DNA from: Acidobacteriota bacterium
GTDB lineage: Bacteria; Acidobacteriota; UBA890; WLXD01
Direction: 5' to 3'
NCBI GenBank assembly: GCA_963666215.2
Contig: CAXWPL010000005.1
Location: forward strand, 480,001 to 544,000
Length of the DNA stretch: 64,000 nucleotides
Shown: piece after piece, positions 9,457 to 20,738 of the stretch
Numbering within the stretch: position 1 is the first letter of the stretch
Layout: each line of letters opens with the position of its first letter
Notes under the pieces: generated by a model
Seen by the model: the letters and a program-made list of their open reading frames with translations, nothing else
Databases searched by the model: none
Told to the model about the DNA's origin: nothing
Made by a program: the position numbers and the translations under genes

Positions 9457-11418
9457 GTGACGACCATGATCCTGAGCCTGGCCCAGGCTGGCGTAGCCGC
9501 GCTCGGCGCGCGCGCCCTCGGGGCGGCCGTGCTGGCACGTATCCCCGCGGTCACCGATGCGCGCTTCGGACATCCCGCATTGCGTCTCGCCGCTGACACC
9601 GCCGTCGGTCTGATCGTTGTCTCACACGTTGTCCTGGCGGCCGTCTTACTGCATGTCGCCACTCCGGCCTTCTTCGCCGTATTGCTGGGAATGCTCGCGA
9701 CGGCGGCTGTCGTCGCTGCAACAGCGAAGGATGCGACCGCGACTGCGGACGAGGCAGCGACCCAGGGGCGCGCCAAGCCCGGCGTCACATGGGAACGCGT
9801 TCGGCCGCGCGATTCGATCGAGTGGGCTCTGGCCACGGCGGCGCTCGCACTCATCGCATGGGTGTCGCTGCTCGCCCAGCTACCGGCCGTCGAGCCCGAT
9901 GCGCTCACCTACCACCTCGAGATCCCTCGGCAGCTGCTCGCCAACGGCGGCGATCTGCTGTTTGTCGACAACATGTACGGCTACTTCCCGCTCTTCGGCG
10001 AGATGCACTTTCTGTTCGGCCTGGCACTGGCGGGCGAGCCTGCAGCCAAGCTGTTCCACTCGCTCTACGGGCTCCTGCTGGCGTTGGCGATTTATGGGTT
10101 CGGTCGCGAGTGGCTGAGCCGCAAGATGGCGGCCCTCGCGACGTTGCTGTTCGTCACGGTCCCGTCGGTCATGCAGATGTTGGCCTACGCCTACGTCGAC
10201 CTGATGTTCGCGCTGTACGTCTTTCTTGCCTTCGCGGCGCTGCTGCGCTACTTCGGTACCCGGCAGCTCGGGTGGAGCGTGGTGGCCGGCGTCATGGCGG
10301 GCGGTGCGTGGGCTACCAAGTACACCGGCCTGCAGGTGGTTCTCATGCTCCTGCTGCTGCTGTTGGTCGAGCATCTGTGGTCGCGGCGCAAGAACATCCC
10401 GCGCGCGGCGATGGTCTTGCCTGTGGTCGCGTTCCTGCTGTTTTGCCCCTACTTGGCGCGCAACCTCGCCGTCACCGGCTGGCCGCTATTCCCGTTCTCG
10501 TTCGGCAACTTGCCGCTCAACCCGGAAATCAACTGGGACGCCGAGCGCGGCGAGCTACTGCTCGACTTCCTCGACCTGTATGGCAAGCGCAGCGACGAGA
10601 CCGCCTTCGTGGATCGTCTCGTGGCACCGGTGAAGGTGTTCCTGACGGGTCAGTTCTGGGACTACGAGGGCTACGACGGCATGATCGGCCCGGTTTTTCT
10701 GCTGGTGCCGATGCTGCTCTTCCGACGCAAGCTGCCACGCCACCTCAAGCTCGTGGCGATGTTCGCCGGTCTCTACGTCTACTACTGGTCGGTCACGACG
10801 CTGCAGATTCGTTTCCTTTTGCCTGCGATTCCGGCGCTCGCAGTGCTTCTCTGCTACGGACTTTCTCAGCGGCGCTACCAGTTGCTGCCGTCACTGGTAA
10901 CGGCGCTCGCGATCGTCAGCGCCGGGTTCGGCGTGCATCAGAACCTCATGGCGCAGCCCTGGGACATCGACGCCCGTCCTTGGGACTACTGGGCCGGACG
11001 CGAGTCGCGCGAGGAGTACGTCAACAAGCGAGTTGGCTTCTATCCGCTGTACAACATCGCCAACGACACGCTCGGCCCCAACGACACCGTGTACCTCGTG
11101 GACATGCGCCACCTCGCTTATTTCCTCGAGTGCCGCTGGCGCGCCGACTTCATTTTCCAGCACTGGTCGCTCGCCTCGATCCTGTCCGAGCAGGGCACGG
11201 CGTACGGAGCTCTGAGAGCGCTGCGCGCGCGTGGCATCACGCACCTGATGATCGACGAGAACATGACCTTCGGAGCCTCGCTGGTCGACCAACCCATGCT
11301 CGCCGAGCTGCTGCGCAACCTGCTCCTGAACCACGCCCAGCGGCTCGCCCGCAATCCACGTTGGCCGGGGCAGACGTTCTGGGAGCTCCACCGAGAGCTG
11401 CCACAAACGACCCAATAG
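9457..11418 (+). CDS. GT-C fold (GT39/ArnT-like) integral membrane glycosyltransferase
   Basis: Many TM helices; DALTYHL, YVDL, TKYTG and RN...TG.PLFP motifs. Confidence 0.75.
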   Translation: MTTMILSLAQAGVAALGARALGAAVLARIPAVTDARFGHPALRLAADTAVGLIVVSHVVLAAVLLHVATPAFFAVLLGMLATAAVVAATAKDATATADEAATQGRAKPGVTWERVRPRDSIEWALATAALALIAWVSLLAQLPAVEPDALTYHLEIPRQLLANGGDLLFVDNMYGYFPLFGEMHFLFGLALAGEPAAKLFHSLYGLLLALAIYGFGREWLSRKMAALATLLFVTVPSVMQMLAYAYVDLMFALYVFLAFAALLRYFGTRQLGWSVVAGVMAGGAWATKYTGLQVVLMLLLLLLVEHLWSRRKNIPRAAMVLPVVAFLLFCPYLARNLAVTGWPLFPFSFGNLPLNPEINWDAERGELLLDFLDLYGKRSDETAFVDRLVAPVKVFLTGQFWDYEGYDGMIGPVFLLVPMLLFRRKLPRHLKLVAMFAGLYVYYWSVTTLQIRFLLPAIPALAVLLCYGLSQRRYQLLPSLVTALAIVSAGFGVHQNLMAQPWDIDARPWDYWAGRESREEYVNKRVGFYPLYNIANDTLGPNDTVYLVDMRHLAYFLECRWRADFIFQHWSLASILSEQGTAYGALRALRARGITHLMIDENMTFGASLVDQPMLAELLRNLLLNHAQRLARNPRWPGQTFWELHRELPQTTQ

Positions 11419-11456
11419 CTGCGCGCGGGTCGCGAACATGCGAGTATTACAGACAT

Positions 11457-12638
11457 ATGTCTGCTTACGGTCGCAACGATCCCTGGAGAGATCCCGCTCG
11501 GGAGACTGATCCGGCTTCAGATACCGATCTGGCCAACTGCGAGTGTGGCGGCACCGACGCCGGTGTGTCGGCGAGGACTCCAATTGCCGCGCCACGCGGG
11601 CGCGGGACCGCGACCAACCCGGCCAATCGCGTTGAGCGTCTCCACGTCGTGCTCGACTCGATGGCGCCGACAACCGACTGCGACGCCCCCCGGCCCGCAG
11701 TCGCTACGCAATACCTGCGCGACGCCTCACGCTCTGTCATCTCACGCAACGACAGCCCCGATGTCACGTTCAGCGCGTCGCTGAATCCGTACCGCGGCTG
11801 CGAGCACGGTTGCGTCTACTGCTATGCGCGGCCGACTCACGAGTACCTCGGCTTCTCGGCCGGCCTCGATTTCGAGACACGCATCCTCGCCAAGAACGAG
11901 GCGCCGCGTCTTCTCGAGCAAGAGCTGCAGCGGTCGTCGTGGAAACCGCAGACGCTCGGATTGAGCGGCGTCACCGACCCCTACCAACCCATCGAGAGCG
12001 CTCTGCGGCTGACACGTGCCTGCTTGAAGGTGCTTCTGGCGCACCGAAACCCGGTGATCGTCATCACCAAGAACGAGTTGGTCACGCGTGATATCGACCT
12101 ACTCGCACGCCTCGCGGAACACGGAGCCGCAGCCGTGGCGATATCGGTGACCACGCTCGACGAATCGATCGCCGGCCTCATGGAACCGCGCGCATCGCGT
12201 CCCCGCCGACGCCTGGCGGCGATCCGCAAGCTGGCGCGCGCGGGCATTCCCGTGACCGTCCTCGTGGGTCCCGTCGTACCCGGGCTCACCGATCACGAGC
12301 TACCTGAGATCCTCGAAGCGTCCCACGCCGCCGGCGCGCGTTCCGGCGGATACATCATGTTGCGCCTTCCCGGCGCGGTGTCCGGCCTCTTCGACGCTTG
12401 GTTGGCCCGCAACTTCCCCGACCGGCGCAACCGAGTTCTCCGACGTATCCGCAGCCTCCGCGATGGCCAGCTCAACGACAGTCGGTTCAAGACGCGGATG
12501 CGAGGCGAGGGGCCCTTCGCGGAGCAAACCGCGGCGCTCTACCGGCTGACCTGTCGAAGGTTGGGCTTATCGGCCGGCGGAGCCGCGCTGTCGACGGCGG
12601 CCTTTCGGCGCAACCCGGAGCAACCAGGGTTGTTCTGA
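11457..12638 (+). CDS. PA0069-family radical SAM protein (SplB-like)
   Basis: SLNPYRGCEHGCVYCYARPTHEYLG, SGVTDPYQPIE, C-terminal QPGLF. Confidence 0.92.
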   Translation: MSAYGRNDPWRDPARETDPASDTDLANCECGGTDAGVSARTPIAAPRGRGTATNPANRVERLHVVLDSMAPTTDCDAPRPAVATQYLRDASRSVISRNDSPDVTFSASLNPYRGCEHGCVYCYARPTHEYLGFSAGLDFETRILAKNEAPRLLEQELQRSSWKPQTLGLSGVTDPYQPIESALRLTRACLKVLLAHRNPVIVITKNELVTRDIDLLARLAEHGAAAVAISVTTLDESIAGLMEPRASRPRRRLAAIRKLARAGIPVTVLVGPVVPGLTDHELPEILEASHAAGARSGGYIMLRLPGAVSGLFDAWLARNFPDRRNRVLRRIRSLRDGQLNDSRFKTRMRGEGPFAEQTAALYRLTCRRLGLSAGGAALSTAAFRRNPEQPGLF

Positions 12639-14053
12639 GAATCCTTGGCAAGGTCGGACCGGCGCAAACGCCCAGATCGGCCGCGCCGGTCGATCTGCGC
12701 GCGGCAGCGTGACAGTACGGCTCGGTGAAGCGCGAGCGCCGGAGGATACTCGGCGAGTAAGCCGTCGCACGGAAAGCACCTTCGCGCTTAGATCGGACAT
12801 GGCGCGTGTGCGAAAATGACGCGGTTCGATCGTCTACTGGCGGGCGGCTTCGCCAGAGGCCGATTCGAAGCTGCTCACCGCTGTGTCCGAGAAGGTACGA
12901 GCAGATCGCACCGAGCGCTCGACAAACTCCGATCCTCGGACGCTTGCTCCAATGGCACCGAGCCGCCGCCGAGCCTGGCGAGCGGCGCCACCAACCACCT
13001 CATCCGATGACCTCCCGAACCGCTCGCGACGCGAAGCACAGCCCGCAGCCTGCATTCCTGCCGACCATCGTTGGCCTGGTGGCCCTGGCGTCGACGGTGA
13101 TGCCTGGTGCAGCCACAGCCCAGGACGCGGCTCGCGGAGGCCGGCTGTTCAGCGAGCTCGAGTGCAGCAGCTGCCATGGCGAGCGCGGCCAGGGCGACTT
13201 CGGCCCGGCGCTCGCCGGTGTGGGCCTCACATACGAGAGGGTTGCGTCGCAGGTGCGCTCGCCGTCGACTCGGAGGATGCCGACATTCGACGTCGCCAAG
13301 CTGCCGGACGAAGGGCTCGCCGACATCCACGCCTACCTGGTATCCCTCGCGGCGCCCACCATCGCCGACGAGCCCACCTGGCGCGGCACCGAGCTCATCA
13401 ACTTGCCAACGCCGCGAATGCCCGAGCGCCGCGAGCTCGAGCTGCACTTCGGCCACCGCTTCTCCGAGTCGATCACCGACGCGGGCAAGGAGGGCCTCTA
13501 CGGCCTCGACAGCTTCGCCTTCCCGGCCTTCATGCTGTCGTTCGGTGCACACGATCGGCTGGCCCCCTACGCGGGTCGATCGGCGAACTTGGCGACCTGG
13601 GAGTATGGCGTGAAGATCTTGGTTTTCTCGGAAAAAATGATCGGTGCTCCGATCGCGATGGCGGCGAACGTTGGCGGCACCTACCTCGATGCCGACGGCA
13701 TCACCACAAACAGCCGCTTCACGGTAGAGCTGCCGGTTGGCGCCCGCCTTGGCAATCGCATCAGCCTGCTGGCCGTGCCGATCTACACGACGAACCCCGA
13801 CGAGTTCAATGGGGCGGGCAGCGACGACAACTCGTTCGCGCTCGGCCTCGGCGGCTCGATCAAGCTGACCTCACGCTACAGCCTGGATGGAGAGTGGATC
13901 GGCAACCTCTCCGGCTTCGAGCGCGCGGGAGCCGTCGACCAGTGGCAGGCCGGCGTTGGCATCAAGATCGGCGGCCACGTCTTCCAGCTGTTCGTGACCA
14001 ACAGCGTCTTCACTACCCCCGACTTCATGGCTGGTGGCTCCATACGAACCGGC

Positions 14054-15013
14054 CTAGATGTGAGTTCTAGGTAGGTTGTTCACGAACTCACCCCTGAGAG
14101 CCGAGCGATCGGCGGTGTCATGCCGATGCCGGCGTGGGGAGCGGTGACGATTGTAGTGGTTGAGCCAGGGCCGTAGAGCTCGAGTACGTCGAGCTGAGGT
14201 CTGGTAGCAGGTGCCGTAGGCCCACTGCTCCTTGAGTGTGCGGATGAAGCGTTCGGCTTTGCCGTTGGTTCTGGGGGTGTAGGGCCGAACGGTGTAAATG
14301 TGCCGGATCTCGAGTTGATGGCATAGGCGATTGAAGCGCTTCGAGACGTAGCCAGGCCCGTTGTCTGTCATCACTCGGCGCACCGCTACTCCCATCGAAG
14401 CGAAGTGCTCGACGGCTCGCTGCAGGAACGCTGTGCAGGTGTGTTGGTCTTCGGCGGGCAGCACTTCGACGTACGCCACCCGAGAGTGATCGTCGATAGC
14501 GACGTGGGCGTTCTCCCAGCCGACGCCGTAGGCCCGCTTGGAGCGGTCGCCGTGGATGCGGTGTCCAGGTCGCCGGATACGGGCCAGTTTCTTCGTATCC
14601 AGGTGCAGTAGGTCACCGGGGTGCTCGTACTCGTAGCGAACGATCTCGGGCTTGGGCTCGAGCGCATCAAGCTTGGCGAGTCCGAGCCGCTTCAGCCACG
14701 CCGAGACGGTCGAGCGCGGCACAGCCAACCTTCGGCTGATCTGCCAGGCCGTCAGTCGCCGCCGACGTAGCTTGTCGATCTGCCTCACAACTCCAGCGCT
14801 TGTTGCGTGCGGACAGCACGTCGGCCGGCTTGATCGATCGAGCAGCCCGGCCTCACCTTCTCGCTCGTATCTATCCAGCCACTTGTAAACCGTTCGAGCC
14901 GACACGCCGAGCGCCGCCGCCGTTTCCGTCACGGGCTCCGCCCGCTCCCGGACTCGGCGGACCATCTCTCGGCGTATATACGGCATCGTGCGGGCGTTAC
15001 CATGCAGCTGCAT
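14054..15013 (-). CDS. IS481-family transposase
   Basis: H.NART, DRSSRP, GDLLHLDTKKL, IDDHSR, TDNG, P.TNGKAERF; stop codon supplied by the CTAG target; small indels likely near the 3' end. Confidence 0.92.
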   Translation of the reverse strand: MQLHGNARTMPYIRREMVRRVRERAEPVTETAAALGVSARTVYKWLDRYEREGEAGLLDRSSRPTCCPHATSAGVVRQIDKLRRRRLTAWQISRRLAVPRSTVSAWLKRLGLAKLDALEPKPEIVRYEYEHPGDLLHLDTKKLARIRRPGHRIHGDRSKRAYGVGWENAHVAIDDHSRVAYVEVLPAEDQHTCTAFLQRAVEHFASMGVAVRRVMTDNGPGYVSKRFNRLCHQLEIRHIYTVRPYTPRTNGKAERFIRTLKEQWAYGTCYQTSARRTRALRPWLNHYNRHRSPRRHRHDTADRSALRGEFVNNLPRTHI

Positions 15014-15105
15014 CGGGCGCCCTTCTGCCGGTCGTGGAGTCTTTTGAACAACCCCATTGATCTCAGAAGTGAGCCCCGATGTGAACAACCTACTTAGAAA
15101 ACACA
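14059..15105 (-). mobile_element. IS481-family insertion sequence (1047 bp)
   Basis: TGT...ACA ends; 25-bp IRs TGTGAGTTCTAGGTAGGTTGTTCAC / TGTGTTTTCTAAGTAGGTTGTTCAC; flanks CCTAGA and ACTAGA (NCTAGN target). Confidence 0.95.
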
Positions 15106-15159
15106 ACTAGACAGCAACGTGAAGCTCGGTTTCAACCTCGTGCGCGAGTTCCGGCTCTG

Positions 15160-16650
15160 ATGAGAGGATCTCCAGTTGCAGGCGGCGTGAAGCTCGGTCC
15201 TCGACCGCGCGCTCGAGCCCAACCATGGCTCCGGCGGCTCGGCCGCGCCGCTTTGGTCGCGTCGCTCGCGGTGGCTGTTGCGAGCTCGGTCGCACCCTAT
15301 GGAGCCGCTGGCGCCGCGCAGGAGGACGACGCTTTCTTCGAGCGACTCACCGACGGTGGCTGGAGCGGCACGGTTCGGTTCGGCAAGCGCCACATGCCGC
15401 TGCAAGTCAACCTCAACACGCAGAAACCGTCCGGCTACGGCTTCACCGTCGTCCCCGACGACCTGAGCACCAACCCCGAGACGCTCATCGTTGCGCCCTC
15501 GCTCACTTTTCGCGCCATCGGCCTTCGCAAGGTCATCGCGGAGTTCGACTCGGCGGCGGCCTTCGCGTCTCTCGACCCGGCAGTTGCCAGGGCAACATCG
15601 CGCGTTGGCGTCCACAAGCTCACGCTCGGCTACAAGGCTGCGTCGGACACGCTCAGGGGGCCGCTGACGAGCACAGCCACGGGTGTGGGCCGCGGCACGA
15701 TGTTGTTGTTCCGCATGGACGCGGCCAAACACCTGCAGAAGCTGTGGAGTGGCAGTGTACGAATCGCCGGCAAGCCGACGCCGTTGATCTTGCAGCTGGT
15801 CGAGGGCGACTCGGTGGCCGGGCGCGGCTGGTTGGGTGCCGAGACCGGGATCATCCAGAACGGGGTCCGCGCAGGCAATCGATTCACCGGCAACCTGAAG
15901 CTGCCGTCCGGCGATGTGAGGCTGACACTGAGGCTGGTCGTGCGACGGACCCGTCTGCGGGGCCGCATTGCGCAAACCGGCAACTTCAATGTACCCACTT
16001 CGCTCAACCCGGCTGGTGGCGGCGGCAAGGCGCTCGCCTTCGTGCGCGTCTTTCCCGCGTCCATCCCGGTGGGCGAGCCGACGGTGGTAACGCTCAAGGG
16101 CCGCAATATCTTCCACGGTGCGACGGTCCACACGAGTGACACGCGCTTTGCCGTGAGCGATGTGCAGCGACTCAACCCCACGACACTGCGCGCCACTGTG
16201 ACACTCGCTGCGGAGCTGCCTTCCGCGAGCACCTCCTCGCTGCGGCTGGTCAACGTCGACGGCCAGGTGAGAGAGCGCGCCAATGCCCTCAGCACAGCCG
16301 ACGATGGCGGCGGTGCCGTGGCGATCCGATTCTCAGCCGATGTACAGCCGATCTTCACCAATCGATGTGCGCTGGCGGGTTGCCACTCCACGGCGCGCGC
16401 GCGCGCGGGATTGGTACTCGACAGCGGCGTTTCCTATGCCAACATCGTCAATGTGCGCAGCAGTCAGGTCACATCGCGGAACCGGATCACCCCCGGCGAC
16501 CCCGTCAACAGCTACCTGCTCATGAAGATCCGTGGCGACTCCGGAACTACGGGCGGCAGAATGCCGCTCAACCAATCGCCGCTCGACGCCGCGACCATCC
16601 AGTTGATCGAAGACTGGGTCGCCCAGGGCGCGGCCAACAATGTCCGCTAG
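15160..16650 (+). CDS. Secreted multidomain protein with Ig-like (IPT) domain and C-terminal CxxxxCH cytochrome c domain
   Basis: FSADVQPIF..RCALAGCH...PGDP.NSYL..KI...RMP...I..WVAQGA; start overlaps the upstream stop. Confidence 0.7.
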   Translation: MRGSPVAGGVKLGPRPRARAQPWLRRLGRAALVASLAVAVASSVAPYGAAGAAQEDDAFFERLTDGGWSGTVRFGKRHMPLQVNLNTQKPSGYGFTVVPDDLSTNPETLIVAPSLTFRAIGLRKVIAEFDSAAAFASLDPAVARATSRVGVHKLTLGYKAASDTLRGPLTSTATGVGRGTMLLFRMDAAKHLQKLWSGSVRIAGKPTPLILQLVEGDSVAGRGWLGAETGIIQNGVRAGNRFTGNLKLPSGDVRLTLRLVVRRTRLRGRIAQTGNFNVPTSLNPAGGGGKALAFVRVFPASIPVGEPTVVTLKGRNIFHGATVHTSDTRFAVSDVQRLNPTTLRATVTLAAELPSASTSSLRLVNVDGQVRERANALSTADDGGGAVAIRFSADVQPIFTNRCALAGCHSTARARAGLVLDSGVSYANIVNVRSSQVTSRNRITPGDPVNSYLLMKIRGDSGTTGGRMPLNQSPLDAATIQLIEDWVAQGAANNVR

Positions 16651-16720
16651 CGGCGTGCCTGTGTCAGAGCCGGGCAATTCTCACGATGCAGCGGCGCTCG
16701 CCCGCGGAGAGGCGAACGCC

Positions 16721-17338
16721 TTGACGACTAGTCGCGCCGACGAAGGGCCACGTCGGCCGCCCGAAAACCCGATCTTCCACGCCATCGAGTACGCCACGAG
16801 AGCCCACCGAGGCCAGTGGCGAAAGGGCACGCGCGTGCCCTACATCGTGCACCCGCTGCGCGCCGCCACAATCTTGATCGACATCGAGGCGCCCGACCCC
16901 ATCGTCATCGCCGCTGTGCTGCACGACACTCTCGAAGACACCGAGGCTACGGTCCAAGAGCTTCGCTCGCGCTTCGGCGACGAGGTTACCGAGCTTGTCA
17001 TCGGAGCCACCGAATCGAATCGCCAAGCTCCGTGGGAAGAGCGCAAGCGCGGAACGATCCAACACCTGAAGACGGCATCCGAGGGTGTCCTCTATGTGGC
17101 CTCGGCCGACAAGCTCGACAACGTGCGGTCGATGCGGCGCGGCGAGCGTCGCTTTGGCGAGCAGTTCTGGGAGCGCTTCCACCGCCCTCGCGAGCGCCAG
17201 GCCTGGTACTACCAGGGGGTCGCGTCGGTGCTGGAGCGCCGAGCGCAAAACGCGCCGCTCGTTCGACTGGTTGAGACCCTGCGCGAAGAGATCGACGTGT
17301 TGTTCGGGACCGATACCCGAACAACGCCAAGCGTCTGA
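16721..17338 (+). CDS. Standalone HD-domain (p)ppGpp hydrolase-like protein (SAH/Mesh1)
   Basis: AHRGQWRKG..PYIVHP, AAVLHDTLEDT, ADKLDN. Start uncertain (16640 or 16721). Confidence 0.85.
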   Translation: MTTSRADEGPRRPPENPIFHAIEYATRAHRGQWRKGTRVPYIVHPLRAATILIDIEAPDPIVIAAVLHDTLEDTEATVQELRSRFGDEVTELVIGATESNRQAPWEERKRGTIQHLKTASEGVLYVASADKLDNVRSMRRGERRFGEQFWERFHRPRERQAWYYQGVASVLERRAQNAPLVRLVETLREEIDVLFGTDTRTTPSV

Positions 17339-17356
17339 TCGCGCGCCTGCTTCGGG

Positions 17357-18730
17357 CTACTTCGGCGGACGCTTGCCTGCGAGCATGTCGGCAAGCCGTT
17401 CCAGCCCCATCGTCATGTTCTCTTTCGGCGGACCGAACGAAAACCGCATTCACTCGTTGTAGGGCGTCCCGTGGCGACGCAACCCGCCGGGGTTGACGTC
17501 GAAGAATCGCCCTGGGACGGTCATGACACGGTAGTCGAGCGCCCGCCAGAAGAACTCCATAGCGTCGTTGAATGGCGGCTCGAGCTCGGCGAGCGAGCCC
17601 CAACAATAGAACGTCGAGAGCGGGCGCCGCGCGAAACGCACGCCGATGTTCTCGAGCCCTGCGACCATCTGGTTTCGCTTGTCGCAGAAGACCTCACGCA
17701 GCGCCGTGGTTTCGGCGTCGGCATGCCGCGGCGCGAGCACACCAACCGCCGCGCGCTGTGCCGGGCGCGACGGGCCGCCGTCAATCGAGCTGGCGTTTCG
17801 CGCGATGCTCTCGACCATCGCCGAGGGTCCGACCGCCCAGCCCACTCGCCATCCCGGATAGCGAAAACACTTTGTGAGGCCGTCGAACAGCACCACCGGG
17901 TCGCGCTCGACGTCCTCGACGTAGGCCGCTGCGCTCACCGGCGCGGCCGCGGGGCCGCAAACACGGCCGCCGGCGGCATCGCTATCGGGGCCACGGCTGC
18001 TCATTCCGCCGCCGGCGGGGCCGGTTACGTTGTCGAGCCCCGGCCCGAGGGGCGAATACACGAAGTGGCTGTAGAACTCGTCCATCAACAGAGTGACGCG
18101 ACGCTCGCTCACACTGCGAACCATGGCCCGCAGCTGTTCCCCCGCGATCACGTTGCCGGTGGGATTACACGGGTTCGAGATGATCAGGGCTCCGAGCCCC
18201 GAGCGATCGATCTCGCTCTCAAAGCGCGCGACGTCGAGCAGAAAGCCCTCCTCCTCGGTCGTCCGCAGTGGGATGGGTACCAGTCGACCGAGGTGCAGGT
18301 TGAACATGTCCTCGTAGGCGGTGTAGTCGGGAAGCTGGTAGCCAACGTTCACCGGGCCGAGCGCAGCCATCGCTCGTGTCAACGCCAGCCGCCCACCGCT
18401 GGCAATCGCGACATTCTCGGGGCCGTACTGTGAGCTGCGTCCCGAGCGATAGAGGCGGTTGTAGTGCGCCGCCACCGCCTCGCGCAGCTCGTCGATGCCC
18501 TCGAGGCGACCGTATGCGTGATCCTCCGGGAGCAGCTCGACTCTAGAGACACGTTCCGGCGCGCCCGGCATCGGCCCGACCTCCGGCTGTCCCTGCCCCA
18601 GATTGCTCCAGTCGGGATGGCCGTTGTAGAAGCCGCGCTTGTGAGCCTCGTCGACGACGAAGATCACCCCCATATAGGGGACCTCGCGCATCGCGCCGCG
18701 GTCTCCCTGTAGATCGATATCCGAGCCCAT
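17357..18730 (-). pseudogene. Class I/II PLP aminotransferase with an in-frame TGA near the C-terminus
   Basis: NLGQGQPE, SNPCNPTG, DEFY, GLTKCFRYPGWRVGW. TGA at 17450-17452 is followed in frame by MRFSFGPP..GLERL to TAG 17357-17359. Confidence 0.8.
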
Positions 18731-18883
18731 CCGCCTCTCCCTCTGGTTGCCGTTGGCGCGGCAAATGTAGCAGCCGGTGCGGCGACACATGCGCCGTGTT
18801 CACAGCTCGAGATTCGCGGTGCTGACGCGGTCTCCAGAGTGCCGCCAGTCGCCGACGCGAAGCGCTCGGTCGGAAGGACTGGG

Positions 18884-19734
<851 letters not shown>

Positions 19735-19778
19735 CCGCTCGCCCTCATGCTCGTTCGCGCCTATCGTCACGATCGCTC

Positions 19779-20663
19779 TCAGCGCGCCGGCCGCAACGCG
19801 GCGGCCTTACGCTCGTACTTGCCCTCGCGATCGAGGCCAAAATCGTAGTCATAGAGTGCACTCTCCCAGGACCCATACTGCGGGTTGGGCAGCACGATCC
19901 ATTGCTCGCCCCAGCGACTGGCGTTGTCCGCCACGAGCTGTTGACGGGCCCGTTGATCGACGCGCACGTCCGAAACAAAGTCGCCGAGATTGTCGCCGAT
20001 CAACAGCAAGATCCGGTAGCGAGCCGCCAGCGCGCGGCGACGTTCTCCCTTGTCGCTGGCGGTGTCGGGCGGTCGTGGATAGAGCGTGTCTCCAGCGCCC
20101 ATGGGAAAGCCGCTCGCGACGAGGTTCGCGCGCGTGGCGTCGCTGAGCTCCTGAGCTCGATTGGTGACGTAGAGCACCGTTACGCCGCGGGCGGCCGCAC
20201 CGAGAGTGAACTCGAGCGCTCCGGGTGCCGGGACGGCATTCTCTTCGCGCACCCACTCGTTCCATCCCGTCGACTCGAAAGCGCTGTTGTCGAGAACAAG
20301 CCGTGCCTGGTAAGCCGAGTTGTCGAGAACCGTCTCGTCAACGTCGAGGATCACCGCCGGCGGGTACTCCTCGTAGCCCCCCATCTCGAGTTGCTCGAGA
20401 GAGGCCGACCACGCCGAGTCTTCAAGCGCGCGATTCATCATGACGTCGGCAAGTCGGTACGCCTGGCGCGCCGACGCCTCGTACTCGGCGCCTGTCTGGG
20501 TCCAGAGCGTAGCGTTGAGATTCTCGACGGCGAATCCGACTCCCGCAGACGCAGCGGCGGCGAACGACGGATCTGCGACGGGGCCACGCCGCTGGATGCT
20601 CCAAACAGCGATGGCGATGGCGATGGCAACGACAACGCTGACCGGACGTAGAGCTTGGCGCAT
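19779..20663 (-). CDS. Class C acid phosphatase / 5'-nucleotidase, e(P4) family
   Basis: DVDETVLDN HAD motif, YVTNR, IGDNLGDF, LPNPQYGSWE. Confidence 0.9.
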   Translation of the reverse strand: MRQALRPVSVVVAIAIAIAVWSIQRRGPVADPSFAAAASAGVGFAVENLNATLWTQTGAEYEASARQAYRLADVMMNRALEDSAWSASLEQLEMGGYEEYPPAVILDVDETVLDNSAYQARLVLDNSAFESTGWNEWVREENAVPAPGALEFTLGAAARGVTVLYVTNRAQELSDATRANLVASGFPMGAGDTLYPRPPDTASDKGERRRALAARYRILLLIGDNLGDFVSDVRVDQRARQQLVADNASRWGEQWIVLPNPQYGSWESALYDYDFGLDREGKYERKAAALRPAR

Positions 20664-20738
20664 GGCGTCTCCAGGCTGGTTCGTTCAACTTCGAGATCGA
20701 CCGCGAGATGTACTCAGGATTTGCGCCGGTCGAGTTGA

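Larger units (their letters stand above)
13007..15160 (+). pseudogene. Cytochrome c plus DUF5777-like beta-barrel fusion, interrupted by IS481 near the C-terminus
   Basis: CSSCHG heme domain, then LINLPT, HFGHRF, GLYGLD and GGHVFQLFVTNS. After the IS the frame resumes as DSNVKLGFNLVREFRL* (stop 15158-15160). Confidence 0.8.

Noticed and set aside
9789-11456. 949-aa ORF suggesting a giant radical SAM fusion
   Set aside because: The N-terminal 556 aa is an Arg/Ala-rich shadow frame over the glycosyltransferase; the real gene starts near 11457.
5616-17452. Genome-wide UGA reassignment (genetic code 4 or 25)
   Set aside because: Many intact genes (cysK, ddl, radical SAM, ADH) end correctly at TGA; the two internal TGAs are better explained as Sec and a point change.
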